Positions 1 to 10,271 of a DNA stretch of 60,211 bases are shown one piece after another; the stretch's first letter is position 1; every line of letters starts with the position of its first letter. The stretch lies in assembly GCA_045047095.1 (NCBI GenBank), contig JASFYS010000046.1:1-60211 (forward strand), written 5' to 3'. The position numbers and the translations under genes are program-made. The notes below the pieces were generated by a model. The model saw only the letters and a list, made by a program, of their open reading frames with translations. It was not told the DNA's origin and did not search any database. Origin of the DNA: Desulfuromusa sp. Its GTDB lineage: Bacteria; Desulfobacterota; Desulfuromonadia; Desulfuromonadales; Geopsychrobacteraceae.

Positions 1-92
1 GGATCAGCCTTAAACAATAGCTCAGCAGACAGTAAATCGTTTTTTGCTTTAACCAACCATTGATTTGTTTCATGATTTTTTGGATCAACCAT
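1..92 (-). CDS. HEPN-domain protein, N-terminal part (runs off the window)
   Basis: Not in the ORF track. Minus strand from ATG at 92 reads MVDPKNHETNQWLVKAKNDLLSAELLFKAD, a W..KA..DL..A..L HEPN N-terminus. The start overlaps the end of the upstream nucleotidyltransferase. Confidence 0.75.
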   Translation of the reverse strand, partial: MVDPKNHETNQWLVKAKNDLLSAELLFKAD

Positions 93-405
93 ACAAAACC
101 TCCCCCTCTTCCAAAACTTTTTTTACCAGAGAGGTTATTACATTTTTTTTCTGCTCAACATCTGTACTCGTCTGCATCACAATATCAACTGGAACCTTCA
201 AGCCTCTTAACGCTTTATATACCTCACGCACACGTCGATAAGCAGGGAGATCTGAAGGCGGAACGATCACAAAAAGATCTAAATCACTATCTGCTGTCGG
301 TTGACCCCAAGCATGGGAACCAAAAAGTATAATTTTTTCAGGATGGACCGTTTCGACAACCCGTTTCGTTATTTCATCCAAAAGAATAGCATTAACTTCT
401 CTCAT
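85..405 (-). CDS. Minimal nucleotidyltransferase (MNT, Pol-beta fold) antitoxin
   Basis: IILFGSHAWG...DSDLDLFV (GS-x10-DxD) motif. Start moved to ATG 405 (MREVN) because the track's 453 start runs through a terminator hairpin. Confidence 0.85.
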   Translation of the reverse strand: MREVNAILLDEITKRVVETVHPEKIILFGSHAWGQPTADSDLDLFVIVPPSDLPAYRRVREVYKALRGLKVPVDIVMQTSTDVEQKKNVITSLVKKVLEEGEVLYG

Positions 406-420
406 CCGAGGTTCTCTCAA

Positions 421-449
421 TAAAAACGGGAGGGGAAATTCCCCTCCCG
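421..449 (-). terminator. Rho-independent terminator downstream of comEA
   Basis: CGGGAGGGGAA-A-TTCCCCTCCCG inverted repeat (427-449), followed by TTTTTA on the minus strand. Confidence 0.7.
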
Positions 450-488
450 ACATTGTAGCTGCGAAAGCGACTAAAAAACAGTAAATAG

Positions 489-773
489 TTACTGTTTTTT
501 CTTTCCTACAGTTAATTGATCACCCAGTTTTTCCAACAATTTCTCACCAATACCATTGATTTCAACGATTTGATCCACACTGGTAAATTTATGCTTATTG
601 CGATATTCAACAATTTTTTGTGCTTTTGCCTCACCAATACCCTTTTAATTCAACCAGTTGCTCTATGGTTGCAGTATTAAGATTGATTTATCCTGTGCAA
701 ATACAGGTTGGCCAACAAAGCACAAAGCCAATACCAGCAAACAGGCAACAAGTAAATTTCTTACTCTTTCCAC
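489..773 (-). pseudogene. comEA: ComEA-family helix-hairpin-helix DNA-binding protein with two frameshifts
   Basis: GTG 773 with a GGGG RBS; signal peptide MERVRNLLVACLLVLALCFVGQPVFAQDK. Adding one A (687-689) and removing one G (640-642) gives INLNTATIEQLVELKGIGEAKAQKIVEYR...EINGIGEKLLEKL. As given, the frame hits TAG at 663-665. Confidence 0.8.
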
Positions 774-930
774 GATAATCCCCCAATAGATGAAGTGTTC
801 ATAGTAAATCTGAACAACTCGGTGAAATGCTTTACAAAGAATGGCCCCCTTCGCGCATGTTCAGAATGAACACCTTGAAAGAATAACATCATGTAGATAG
901 TTTGAATAGAGGAAAATTAACAGAGGAAAA

Positions 931-1887
931 TTAACTATTCTCAAGAAACCCCTGAAAAGCACTTTTTAACCCATCTTCTAGGCCAATTGATGCTTGCCAC
1001 CCGAAGCTATTGAGTTTCGACACATCCAATAGCTTACGCGGAGTTCCATCGGGTTTGGACGTATCAAAGGTCAGCTTCCCCCTAAAATCTGTGACCCGAG
1101 CTATGGTCTCTGCTAACTCACGTATACTACAATCCATCCCGGTACCAACATTAATATGCGACAACATCGGTTGCGTCTGATCCAGATAAACTTTTTTTTG
1201 GAGATTCATCACATAAACACTGGCCGAGGCCATATCATCAACATGGAGAAATTCCCGTTTGGGGGTACCGCTTCCCCAGATGACAACTTCATTCAGGCCT
1301 TGTCGAACAGCTTCGTGAAAACGCTGGAGTAGCGCAGGAACAACATGGCTATTTTCCGAATGATAATTGTCGCCCGGTCCATACAGGTTAGTCGGCATGA
1401 CGCTGCGATAATCACGTCCATATTGACGGTTAAAACTTTCACAAAGTTTGATCCCGGAAATCTTGGCAATAGCATAGGGTTCATTGGTTGGTTCGAGAAC
1501 ACCTGTCAACAAAGCCTCCTCGCTCATCGGCTGTTCGGCATATTTGGGATAAATACAAGACGAACCTAGGAACAACAGTTTTTGCACATTATTCATGTGT
1601 GCAGCATGAATTACATTAGCTTCAATCAACAGGTTTTCATAGATGAATTCTGCTGGATAAGTATTGTTCGCGTGGATTCCACCAACTTTGGCGGCGGCAA
1701 GATAAACCTGATCAATTCGATTATTATGAAAAAACCGATTGACCTGATGTTGATCCATGAGGTCAAGCTCGTTGCGTTCCGCCAGCAGGAGATCATGATA
1801 CCCCAACGCGGTCAGTTGGCGAACAATGGCCGACCCAACCATCCCCCGATGTCCTGCGACATATATTTTTTGTGTGCCAGATTTCAT
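931..1887 (-). CDS. fcl: GDP-L-fucose synthase
   Basis: [35 protein letters not shown] motifs; adjacent to gmd. Confidence 0.95.
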   Translation of the reverse strand: MKSGTQKIYVAGHRGMVGSAIVRQLTALGYHDLLLAERNELDLMDQHQVNRFFHNNRIDQVYLAAAKVGGIHANNTYPAEFIYENLLIEANVIHAAHMNNVQKLLFLGSSCIYPKYAEQPMSEEALLTGVLEPTNEPYAIAKISGIKLCESFNRQYGRDYRSVMPTNLYGPGDNYHSENSHVVPALLQRFHEAVRQGLNEVVIWGSGTPKREFLHVDDMASASVYVMNLQKKVYLDQTQPMLSHINVGTGMDCSIRELAETIARVTDFRGKLTFDTSKPDGTPRKLLDVSKLNSFGWQASIGLEDGLKSAFQGFLENS

Positions 1888-3009
1888 TTAATTTTCCACA
1901 GCTACTGGAATTTCGTAGCCATGCTCTTTCAAAAAAGCATGGCGTTGTGCAATTTTAAGATCTTCAACAACCATTTCGGTACACATTTGCTGGGCGGAAA
2001 TTTCTGCCAACCAACCAAGCTTTTGCTGTGCCTTAGTTGGATCACCCAACAGCGTCTCTACCTCGGCTGGGCGGAAATAACGAGGATCGACGCGAACAAT
2101 CGTATCGCCCAGATTTAAAGCAGGGGCTTTATCACCAATAATAGCCTCAACAACCCCCTGCTCTTCTAATCCGCTTCCAACAAATTTCACAGTAATCCCC
2201 AGTGCTGCTGCTGACCAGCGGATGAAATCACGAACTGAAAATTGCTCCCCCGTAGCAATCACATAATCATCCGGGCTTTCTTGCTGCAGCATCAGCCATT
2301 GCATCCTGACATAATCCCTGGCATGCCCCCAGTCGCGTAACGCATCCATATTGCCCATGTACAAACATTTTTCCAGACCCTGAGCAATATGGGAGAGCCC
2401 GCGGGTAATTTTACGGGTGACAAAAGTTTCACCACGGCGAGGTGATTCATGATTAAATAATATCCCATTGCAAGCGTACATACCATAGGCTTCCCGATAG
2501 TTGACTGTGATCCAATAGGCATAAAGTTTTGCCACCGCATAGGGAGAACGTGGATAGAACGGCGTCGTCTCTTTTTGTGGTGTTTCTTGCACCAATCCGT
2601 ACAGCTCAGAGGTTGAGGCCTGATAAAAACGGGTCTTTTTCTCTAGACCAAGCAACCGTATCGCTTCCAGTAAACGCAAAGTTCCCATGGCATCAACATC
2701 GGCAGTATATTCTGGCGCCTCAAAACTCACCGCAACATGAGATTGCGCTCCCAGATTGTAGACCTCGTCCGGCTGAACCTCCTGTAGAATTCGGGTCAGA
2801 TTAGAAGAATCCGTCAAGTCACCGTAATGGAGAACAAAGTTCTGATTTTCAACATGCGGGTCCTGGTAGATATGATCGACACGCTGGGTGTTAAAAGAGG
2901 ATGCGCGGCGCTTGATCCCGTGAACTTCATAACCTTTATCCAAAAGCAATTCGGCAAGGTACGACCCATCCTGACCAGTCACCCCAGTAATAAGAGCTTT
3001 TTTAGCCAT
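1888..3009 (-). CDS. gmd: GDP-mannose 4,6-dehydratase
   Basis: [46 protein letters not shown]. Confidence 0.97.
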   Translation of the reverse strand: MAKKALITGVTGQDGSYLAELLLDKGYEVHGIKRRASSFNTQRVDHIYQDPHVENQNFVLHYGDLTDSSNLTRILQEVQPDEVYNLGAQSHVAVSFEAPEYTADVDAMGTLRLLEAIRLLGLEKKTRFYQASTSELYGLVQETPQKETTPFYPRSPYAVAKLYAYWITVNYREAYGMYACNGILFNHESPRRGETFVTRKITRGLSHIAQGLEKCLYMGNMDALRDWGHARDYVRMQWLMLQQESPDDYVIATGEQFSVRDFIRWSAAALGITVKFVGSGLEEQGVVEAIIGDKAPALNLGDTIVRVDPRYFRPAEVETLLGDPTKAQQKLGWLAEISAQQMCTEMVVEDLKIAQRHAFLKEHGYEIPVAVEN

Positions 3010-3074
3010 ATTAAGAACTCTTTCCCATGGACTTAAAGCCCATATACAAATAAAAAAACATGACCTGGAGAAAT

Positions 3075-4121
3075 CTATTTCACAAAAATACTTCGCAGCC
3101 GAACGCGACTTTTTTCAATAACATCTCTTACAGCAACCGCCGGATGGCTCTTTCTCAGCTGCCTGCGAGAAGCAACAACAGCACCGGAAGGCGAACTGTT
3201 CTGCACACCGTGTCTTGTCTCAATTTCACGGGACAGTACCGCAAAGAGATTGTACTTTTCCAACACCAGTCTTCGAGCCTCAATAATATACGGCAAACGG
3301 CGCTGATATTCATTATCTCTGATCGATCGTTGAATTATTTCATGAGCCCTGTCCAGATCATAGATATCGATCGGAATAAAGCTCTCTTCGGGGAAATAGT
3401 CAGCGGCGTTGGGGCAACCAAAATAAAAAGGCAGGTTCAACCCAAGAAAAGGATCCGCCAGCTTTTCCGTCCAATGATGTTCGCCGATATAATTTTCTAT
3501 GGCAATATGATATCGGTACGCATCCAACGCTTCAGCTTTATCTGCCATATCTCTGACGCCATGGCCAAAAATATCCAGCTCAGGAAGCTTTTGTTTAAGA
3601 TCCTGGGTAAACTGGTAGCGTTTATTATGCAGTGTATGCCTCTGTTTTTTATTAGAACACACGGTAGAGATATCTTTAGTCTTTCCTACGGGAGCAGTCG
3701 ACAGAATATCATCATAAGTGCGTAACCGTTCCGTCCCCCAACCATAAAACCACTGCAAGGCCGGCTGGGAAAAAATCCTATCACCATGGGGCAGAGCCCA
3801 TTCAGGCTGACTGGTCAGGACGCAACCAAACTGTCTGGTAAAATCATTGCCATAGGACTTGATAGATGGAGGTTCTGTTGTGACCAGAAGAGTATTCTGT
3901 TGCGGACAAGACAAGATTTCTTCCACATGAGGAACAGGTAAATCATTATAAACGACAAACCAATCGTAGTCCCGGGATGAAGGGTCAAAAATAAACTCAC
4001 AGTTGCCCCAAACCGACACACCAGCAGGAAACTGACGCAACCAGAGTGGCACATTGAGGGTACAGAATTTAACCTTTATTTTTTTATAACTTCGATCCAT
4101 TTTATCAGTTTTTAATTCCAA
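3075..4121 (-). CDS. Glycosyltransferase family 10-like (alpha-1,3-fucosyltransferase-type)
   Basis: YRYHIAIEN...WTEKLAD...PFYFGCPN matches the GT10 fucosyltransferase motif; next to gmd/fcl. Confidence 0.7.
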   Translation of the reverse strand: MELKTDKMDRSYKKIKVKFCTLNVPLWLRQFPAGVSVWGNCEFIFDPSSRDYDWFVVYNDLPVPHVEEILSCPQQNTLLVTTEPPSIKSYGNDFTRQFGCVLTSQPEWALPHGDRIFSQPALQWFYGWGTERLRTYDDILSTAPVGKTKDISTVCSNKKQRHTLHNKRYQFTQDLKQKLPELDIFGHGVRDMADKAEALDAYRYHIAIENYIGEHHWTEKLADPFLGLNLPFYFGCPNAADYFPEESFIPIDIYDLDRAHEIIQRSIRDNEYQRRLPYIIEARRLVLEKYNLFAVLSREIETRHGVQNSSPSGAVVASRRQLRKSHPAVAVRDVIEKSRVRLRSIFVK

Positions 4122-4154
4122 TTAAGTAAAAACACAGTAGACGATATTGGTTCT

Positions 4155-4952
4155 TTATTTCCAATAGTCTTCAATCCATGGAGTCGGCTTGACAGCCTTA
4201 TACAAACGCTTCCAGAAAGGTATTTTTTTGACAGTTGACCAGACACCCTGTACTGCTTCATGAGGATTCGGCGAACCATGGAAAATCAGTATTTTTGCAC
4301 CAGCAGGGATCTTCGCAGTAAAGAAATGGCGCAAAACCCCTTTAGGCAAACAATGGAAACGAAAACTCCGGCACCAACTCTCAGGCCAGAAGTTTAATTT
4401 TCCAAATTTCTTTATGATCTGAGAAGAAAGAAACTCCTGACTGGCAGTGAAATGCTCCTTAACAACCTCTTGTGGATGTTGCTCAAAATACTCTTTAACA
4501 AACCCAAGGTGACCGACAACCCACGAGTAACATGAAGCCTGTCCGACATGATCGCCCTTCGTATTCCAATCATTAATGATGACAAACTCATCGCCCTGCG
4601 GGTAGGTAAAGAAGCAATCAATATTGTCAACTATGACCGTATCCAAATCAAAATAAAGCACTCTTTGTCCGGTCAGCCCACCTAGATCATCGGCACAAAG
4701 ACCAGCTTCTTTGCGATAAGCATACTTATTATCCTCAGGTGCCACATTCATCACCGGAAGCGGCCTTGAAATAATTCCATCTTTCAAGCCATCAGCACTG
4801 TCTGTAAAGCAATAAAATCTGAAAGGGACAGTTGAATTGCGCTCAACCATATTATACAGGCGATTAACATAATAAGGGGGATAACTGCCCCCCCATTTAA
4901 TGCAGATAACGTTATAATATTTTAGCTTATCAGTACGAGTGTTGAGTTCCAT
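4155..4952 (-). CDS. Putative GT-A fold glycosyltransferase
   Basis: ICIKWG..Y...YVNRL..MV, YFDLD (DxD) and IFHGSPNPHE. Start at ATG 4952 with a GAGGT RBS. Confidence 0.7.
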   Translation of the reverse strand: MELNTRTDKLKYYNVICIKWGGSYPPYYVNRLYNMVERNSTVPFRFYCFTDSADGLKDGIISRPLPVMNVAPEDNKYAYRKEAGLCADDLGGLTGQRVLYFDLDTVIVDNIDCFFTYPQGDEFVIINDWNTKGDHVGQASCYSWVVGHLGFVKEYFEQHPQEVVKEHFTASQEFLSSQIIKKFGKLNFWPESWCRSFRFHCLPKGVLRHFFTAKIPAGAKILIFHGSPNPHEAVQGVWSTVKKIPFWKRLYKAVKPTPWIEDYWK

Positions 4953-5018
4953 AGCGACCTCTAAGACCCAAACAGGTGCAAAACCAAGAAATGGGTGCCA
5001 CAACTTACCAAACTTTCA

Positions 5019-6242
5019 CTATTGCTGAGCGGAAGAGCGTTCACACGAAGTGGAAACTGCAGGTACTCTAGCAATACATATCGCAAAAAACAGATAAAAA
5101 AAGATCAATGTCATATTAGGTTTCGCCCAGACTGATAAAAAAGACTGTCCATCTACCAAAAAAGCAACCAGTACTGAAACCAAAAGGGCCTTTTGGTGTG
5201 GGTCAGGATTCAACAAATAAAGCAGTCTAATTCTATAACTCAGAAACAATATGAAGCCAATAAAAACACTCAGGCCAAAGAATCCCATTGAAACAAAAGC
5301 TTCAAGAAAAATGTTATGTGGGCTACCGTAGGCGATGACTTTTTTTTCTCTTAGAAATTTAGCACCGTCCACCCCCAACCCCCAATAAGGACTATGGTCA
5401 AGGACATATTTAATGTATTTACTGCCACCATCAATCCGTTTAGATGTATGAATTTTTGAAAAGGCTATAGGATCTCCTGAGCTTATATAAGTAACAGCAA
5501 CAAGAGCAGCAAGGGAAAGGATAACAATGATAAGACCAACACCAAGGCTCCTCTTCCCGGCAGTTGCAATAGACAAATAAACAACTCCAGATACCGCTGT
5601 TGTTATGATGGCCGTCCTCCCATGTGAGGCCAGTGTCGCAATAAGAAAAAGTAAAACTAAAATCGCATTTAATCGGGATTTATTATTAAAATAAAAATAG
5701 AGTAAAAAGCAAAATCCAAGAGCCAGAAAATTTTGAGCTGAATGGTACATCGAATGATTAAATTTAATGACTTTAAAATGAGCAGTGGACTGTATTAAAT
5801 TAATATCAGTCACATAACTTAAAATAATGATAATTGACAATATTGAAGTAGAATAGAAAAAATACTTCAATGCATATTCCTTATTTTTTTTTGAATTTTC
5901 TGAGTTAAAAAATAAATATTCACAAAAATAACAAGACATAAGAGTCATCAACGCAACAACAATGTTTTTAGGAATATCATTAAGAAAACTGAAATCAGTC
6001 GGAATAATATTTATTATTAAAGTTAATAAAAAATAGATAAAAACTGAAATAATGAAAGGTGAATATTTTCTTGTTAAAAAACTTTTTCGAGCACAAAAAA
6101 TCAGAAAAAGAAAAGTAATGAGAGCAAAATGAATATAAAATAGCCCTCGGCCCAGATGCAGAAAAAAAAGCATCATTGCAAATAAAGATGAGATATAAAG
6201 TTCCTGCTTAAAAGAATCAGATTCTATAGGGCTAACCAGCAT
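5019..6242 (-). CDS. O-antigen ligase/polymerase family membrane protein (Wzy_C-like)
   Basis: Many hydrophobic segments, ..GRTA.. and PYWGLG...SPHNIFLE motifs; visibly AT-rich. Confidence 0.7.
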   Translation of the reverse strand: MLVSPIESDSFKQELYISSLFAMMLFFLHLGRGLFYIHFALITFLFLIFCARKSFLTRKYSPFIISVFIYFLLTLIINIIPTDFSFLNDIPKNIVVALMTLMSCYFCEYLFFNSENSKKNKEYALKYFFYSTSILSIIIILSYVTDINLIQSTAHFKVIKFNHSMYHSAQNFLALGFCFLLYFYFNNKSRLNAILVLLFLIATLASHGRTAIITTAVSGVVYLSIATAGKRSLGVGLIIVILSLAALVAVTYISSGDPIAFSKIHTSKRIDGGSKYIKYVLDHSPYWGLGVDGAKFLREKKVIAYGSPHNIFLEAFVSMGFFGLSVFIGFILFLSYRIRLLYLLNPDPHQKALLVSVLVAFLVDGQSFLSVWAKPNMTLIFFYLFFAICIARVPAVSTSCERSSAQQ

Positions 6243-6354
6243 AAATATTTCAATCTATAAGTAATTTTTTGGCTCATGGTGAATTCTAGTTCAAAGTGCA
6301 CTATCAGTGGGGGTGGTTTGAAAAAATAATGGCATCAATTATTCTATTCGTTGA

Positions 6355-7455
6355 TTATTCTTTTTTAATTAACAGGGTAATGCGATCACAAATATATTCA
6401 ATAACACTATCCTCCATTTGCGGCCATATTGGCAAAGAAAGAACCAACTTTGCAACGGATTCAGTCACAGGAAGATGATAAGAATCAGACTGATAAATTG
6501 GCAGTTTGTGAACCGGAACCGGGTAATAAATCATGCTTCCAATTCCTTCTGCAGCCAGATTTCTCTGCAACTCATCTCGGTCAGTACTATTAACCTGAAT
6601 CGTGTACTGGTGAAAAACGTGTCCCTCACATCCTTCTGGAGTGATAATTCCAGGAAGACCATCAAGTAGTTCATTATAGCGACTTGCCACTCTCCGCCGA
6701 CCTTCTGACCAGGCATCAATATGGGGCAATTTGACTCTCAATATAGCAGCCTGAAGAGAATCCAGACGTGAATTATAGCCAATAACTTCATTGTAATATT
6801 TCTTCTTTGCTCCATGGACTCGAAGCATTCTTGCTGAATCGGCCAAAGTATCATCGTTAGTCACCAACAAACCCCCATCACCGTAGCAACCCAGATTTTT
6901 GGACGGAAAGAATGAATAGGCACCCATGTCACCCATGGTTCCAAGTTTTTTACCTCGATAATCACCACTAAATGCCTGGGCGACATCTTCGATAACTTTC
7001 AGTTGATACTTTTCTGCCAAATTCATTATTATCCGCATTTCTGCAGGTCGGCCAAACAGATGCACCGGCATGATGGCTCTGGTTGCGGAAGTAATTTTCT
7101 CTTCGATCAAATCTGGATTAATATTATAGGTTTTAGAATCGATATCGACAAAGACAGGGGTAGCTCCAACGGCACTGATCGATTCGGCCGTAGCAAAAAA
7201 GGTAAACGGGCTGGTAATAACTTCGTCACCGGCTCCGATTCCGAGGGCACGTAGACCAATGACCAGAGCATCGGTTCCGGAATTAACTCCGATAGCATGC
7301 TTGGCACCCAGATATTCAGCAACCTCTCGCTCAAAAGCTTTAACTTCTGGCCCCATAATAAAATGCGTAGAATGCAACACTCCTTGAATAGCAGTGTTGA
7401 GCTCTTCCCAGAGTTCATCTATCTCTGGTGTCAGATCAAGAACAGGTACCCGCAT
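6355..7455 (-). CDS. DegT/DnrJ/EryC1/StrS aminotransferase (WbpE-like)
   Basis: NSGTDAL, IEDVAQA, SFFPSKNLGCYGDGG (PLP lysine). Confidence 0.9.
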   Translation of the reverse strand: MRVPVLDLTPEIDELWEELNTAIQGVLHSTHFIMGPEVKAFEREVAEYLGAKHAIGVNSGTDALVIGLRALGIGAGDEVITSPFTFFATAESISAVGATPVFVDIDSKTYNINPDLIEEKITSATRAIMPVHLFGRPAEMRIIMNLAEKYQLKVIEDVAQAFSGDYRGKKLGTMGDMGAYSFFPSKNLGCYGDGGLLVTNDDTLADSARMLRVHGAKKKYYNEVIGYNSRLDSLQAAILRVKLPHIDAWSEGRRRVASRYNELLDGLPGIITPEGCEGHVFHQYTIQVNSTDRDELQRNLAAEGIGSMIYYPVPVHKLPIYQSDSYHLPVTESVAKLVLSLPIWPQMEDSVIEYICDRITLLIKKE

Positions 7456-7458
7456 CTA

Positions 7459-8142
7459 TCAAACCTCTGCCTTAGAAACTTTATATTGATCGTAGGTCAT
7501 GCTGCCAGAAGCCATCTCATCAGGAAGTGGTGTTTCCTCATCCAGATCAAGACAGCGAAGCATCTCTGATGCTTGATCTTGGTTACCAGTCATCAATTGA
7601 TAGCGCAAGCCACTCTCAGGACAGACCATTACACCATTGATATCAGGATTCTTCAGCATATGACCATGGCGACTCATCCACCCTTTTTGTCGTGCGGGGA
7701 CACCAACCATAAGTGCATAAGCAGGGACATCTTTGGCAACCACTGCGCCTGCGGCAACAAAGGCATAGTGACCGATTGTAATGCCACAAACTATCGTTGC
7801 ATTGGCACCGATAGAGCAACCACGTTTTAACAATGTTTCTTCATACAAGGTGCGTCTGAGCACTTGGGAGCGTGGGTTAGTAACGTTGGTCAAGACGCAT
7901 GAGGGACCAAGGAAAACATCATCCTCGATCGTTGTTCCTTCATAGATCGAAACGTTATTCTGCACCTTGACGTTATCACCGATATAAGTGCCTCCCGCTA
8001 CGGAAACATTTTGTCCAAAACTGCAACTTTTGCCAATCTTGGCTCCAGACAATATATGGCTGAAATGCCAGATTTTGGTTCCAGCTCCGACTTCTGCACC
8101 GGCATCGACATATGAGGACTCATGAATAAAATAATCAAGCAT
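7459..8142 (-). CDS. Hexapeptide-repeat N-acetyltransferase (WbpD/WlbB-like) with C-terminal CPES extension
   Basis: [34 protein letters not shown]. Likely start is MLDYF at 8142. Confidence 0.85.
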   Translation of the reverse strand: MLDYFIHESSYVDAGAEVGAGTKIWHFSHILSGAKIGKSCSFGQNVSVAGGTYIGDNVKVQNNVSIYEGTTIEDDVFLGPSCVLTNVTNPRSQVLRRTLYEETLLKRGCSIGANATIVCGITIGHYAFVAAGAVVAKDVPAYALMVGVPARQKGWMSRHGHMLKNPDINGVMVCPESGLRYQLMTGNQDQASEMLRCLDLDEETPLPDEMASGSMTYDQYKVSKAEV

Positions 8143-8162
8143 AGATTCTACCTCTGAAGGTG

Positions 8163-9116
8163 TCACAGAACAGCTAGAAACGGATGAGAATGACTACTCC
8201 TAGTTAAAGTAGCTTTTGCATTGCGCAATTCAAAAACAAGACTGACTGCCGGTCTCGCATCCTCCATACCGAATCCTTTTCCAGACAGAATATCTCTATA
8301 AACGAGGGTGTGTAGATCGGCAAAACCAGTGGAAAACTCAAACTCATCACCATCCATATTCAAGGATCGGAAAGTTGTTTTCCCGGCAGCTTTTTCTTGT
8401 TCAGGAAGATCATTCCGGTCTACAGACAGGAACCAACGAACATCTGCTTTTTCCAACTCCAGAAATCCAGCCATATGATTTGAGCTGGAAAGGTGAACTT
8501 CATGGTGCTGAACAGATCCGAAAATCCACATCAGCATATCAAAGAAATGCACACCAATATTCGTAGCAATTCCACCAGACTTCTGTTCATCGCCCTTCCA
8601 AGATGTCATATACCAGCGCCCACGGGAGGTGATGTAGCTTAGGTCAATTTGATATTTTTCTTTTTTCTTCGCTTTAGCAACCTTCTCTTTTAACGCTACT
8701 ATTGAGGGATGAACGCGTAGTTGCAGGATATTATAAATCTTCTTTCCAGTTTCCTTTTCAATTTCGGCCAGCGCATCAACATTCCAAGGATTTAGTACCA
8801 GAGGTTTTTCACAGATGGCATCGGCACCAACCCGTAGAGCAAAACGAATATGAGCATCATGCAAATAGTTTGGAGAACAAATACTAACGTAATGTAAGCG
8901 ATTTTCCTCACCTTGGCGCTTCAGTTTTTCTGCATGCCGGTCAAATCGCTCGAACTCAGTAAAAAAAGCAACATCAGGCGAAAAACTGTCTAGAATTCCA
9001 ACAGAATCAGAAGGGTCTAAAGCAGAAATAAGATTGTTTCCTGTATCATAGATAGCCTTCATGTGGCGCGGGGCAATATAGCCACCGGCACCGATCAAGG
9101 CAAAATTATGGGGCAT
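8163..9116 (-). CDS. wbpB: Gfo/Idh/MocA oxidoreductase, WbpB-like UDP-sugar 3-dehydrogenase
   Basis: [54 protein letters not shown] resemble WbpB. Confidence 0.8.
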   Translation of the reverse strand: MPHNFALIGAGGYIAPRHMKAIYDTGNNLISALDPSDSVGILDSFSPDVAFFTEFERFDRHAEKLKRQGEENRLHYVSICSPNYLHDAHIRFALRVGADAICEKPLVLNPWNVDALAEIEKETGKKIYNILQLRVHPSIVALKEKVAKAKKKEKYQIDLSYITSRGRWYMTSWKGDEQKSGGIATNIGVHFFDMLMWIFGSVQHHEVHLSSSNHMAGFLELEKADVRWFLSVDRNDLPEQEKAAGKTTFRSLNMDGDEFEFSTGFADLHTLVYRDILSGKGFGMEDARPAVSLVFELRNAKATLTRSSHSHPFLAVL

Positions 9117-9281
9117 ATATATCCCTTATTTAGTTAAAATCATCAGTAAGCAATGTAAAATTCTAAGTTCAACTAGCAAGTACAAATGATACTACAATAT
9201 ACTTTTCTTGAATAAAAATATCAAATTTCATAGAAATTCAAAGACGACTATTCCCTCAGAGTGAGGTCATGAACAACAATC

Positions 9282-10271
9282 TTACCCTGATAACAACAAC
9301 TTTTGATAGAAGATCAAATGTTCTTGGGATGAATTGTCTATTAGATATTGATGCCCATGCAATTTTTTTATGTCAACAAATTCGCGCTTGAAAGATTCAG
9401 TATTTCTATATACATCCTCTAGCCTGGAAGCAATTTGAAATTCTTTTATGAGAAACCTTTCTGAGAGTATGTCCCCAGAAATCCCGACATCCCTTGAAAT
9501 CAACACGCGCCCATAAAAGAGTGCTTCCAAGACAACCAAGCCAAACCCCTCATTGTGAGAGCAGACAACAACGACATCTGCTTGATGCATCAACCTCGGG
9601 ATATCCGTTCTGTAGCCTAAGAAATTAATCTTTTTATCAATATTCAAAGAAATGGCCAAATTAACTAAATTATTCTTTTCAGGACCGTCACCCACAATCA
9701 ACAAGGTGAAGTCAAAGGTTAATTGTGCACATTCGGCGATAAGTTGATCAAATGCTTTAACCTTTTCCAGTCTCCCTACGGCGATAATAGTAAATAATTT
9801 ATTTTCTTCCGTCGCGGGTGGGAACACCTCTGGAGAAATTCCATTGTGAATTATCGTGACCCGATTATGATTGATTGAGTCCGCGACACCAGAGGAAACC
9901 GCGATGACCTGATCAAGCTTATTGAAAATACGCCCCTTACGTGGATTATGCTTCGTACTGACCCAAGGCATTTTTAATATTTTATTGAGTTTGTAAAATG
10001 TCTCTGTCGCTTTAGCGAAATGAGTATGAACCATATCTGGATTAATTTTTCTAAACTTCAGATAAAGCTCTAGATAGAGAAAAGGGTTCCTCCTGCTGCC
10101 TTTTGACCGATATTCAACGATATGGATTCTTTTATCCACGCGAGGGATGAAAAGAGCTCCTTGAGGTACCAATAAGACTATTTCTATTCTCTCACAAAGG
10201 GCGTTGACCAAATCGATATAAGCTTCACCACGCCCAAGACCGGTTGATGCAATAAAATGACAAACCTTCAC
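9282..10271 (-). CDS. Glycosyltransferase family 4
   Basis: VGRLEKVK, EGFGLVVLEA (E-x7-E). Confidence 0.85.
   Translation of the reverse strand: MKVCHFIASTGLGRGEAYIDLVNALCERIEIVLLVPQGALFIPRVDKRIHIVEYRSKGSRRNPFLYLELYLKFRKINPDMVHTHFAKATETFYKLNKILKMPWVSTKHNPRKGRIFNKLDQVIAVSSGVADSINHNRVTIIHNGISPEVFPPATEENKLFTIIAVGRLEKVKAFDQLIAECAQLTFDFTLLIVGDGPEKNNLVNLAISLNIDKKINFLGYRTDIPRLMHQADVVVVCSHNEGFGLVVLEALFYGRVLISRDVGISGDILSERFLIKEFQIASRLEDVYRNTESFKREFVDIKKLHGHQYLIDNSSQEHLIFYQKLLLSG

Noticed and set aside
8163-9116. Calling the oxidoreductase and aminotransferase gnnA/gnnB
   Set aside because: The sequence is WbpB-like, an acetyltransferase lies between them, and they are not between lpxA and lpxB
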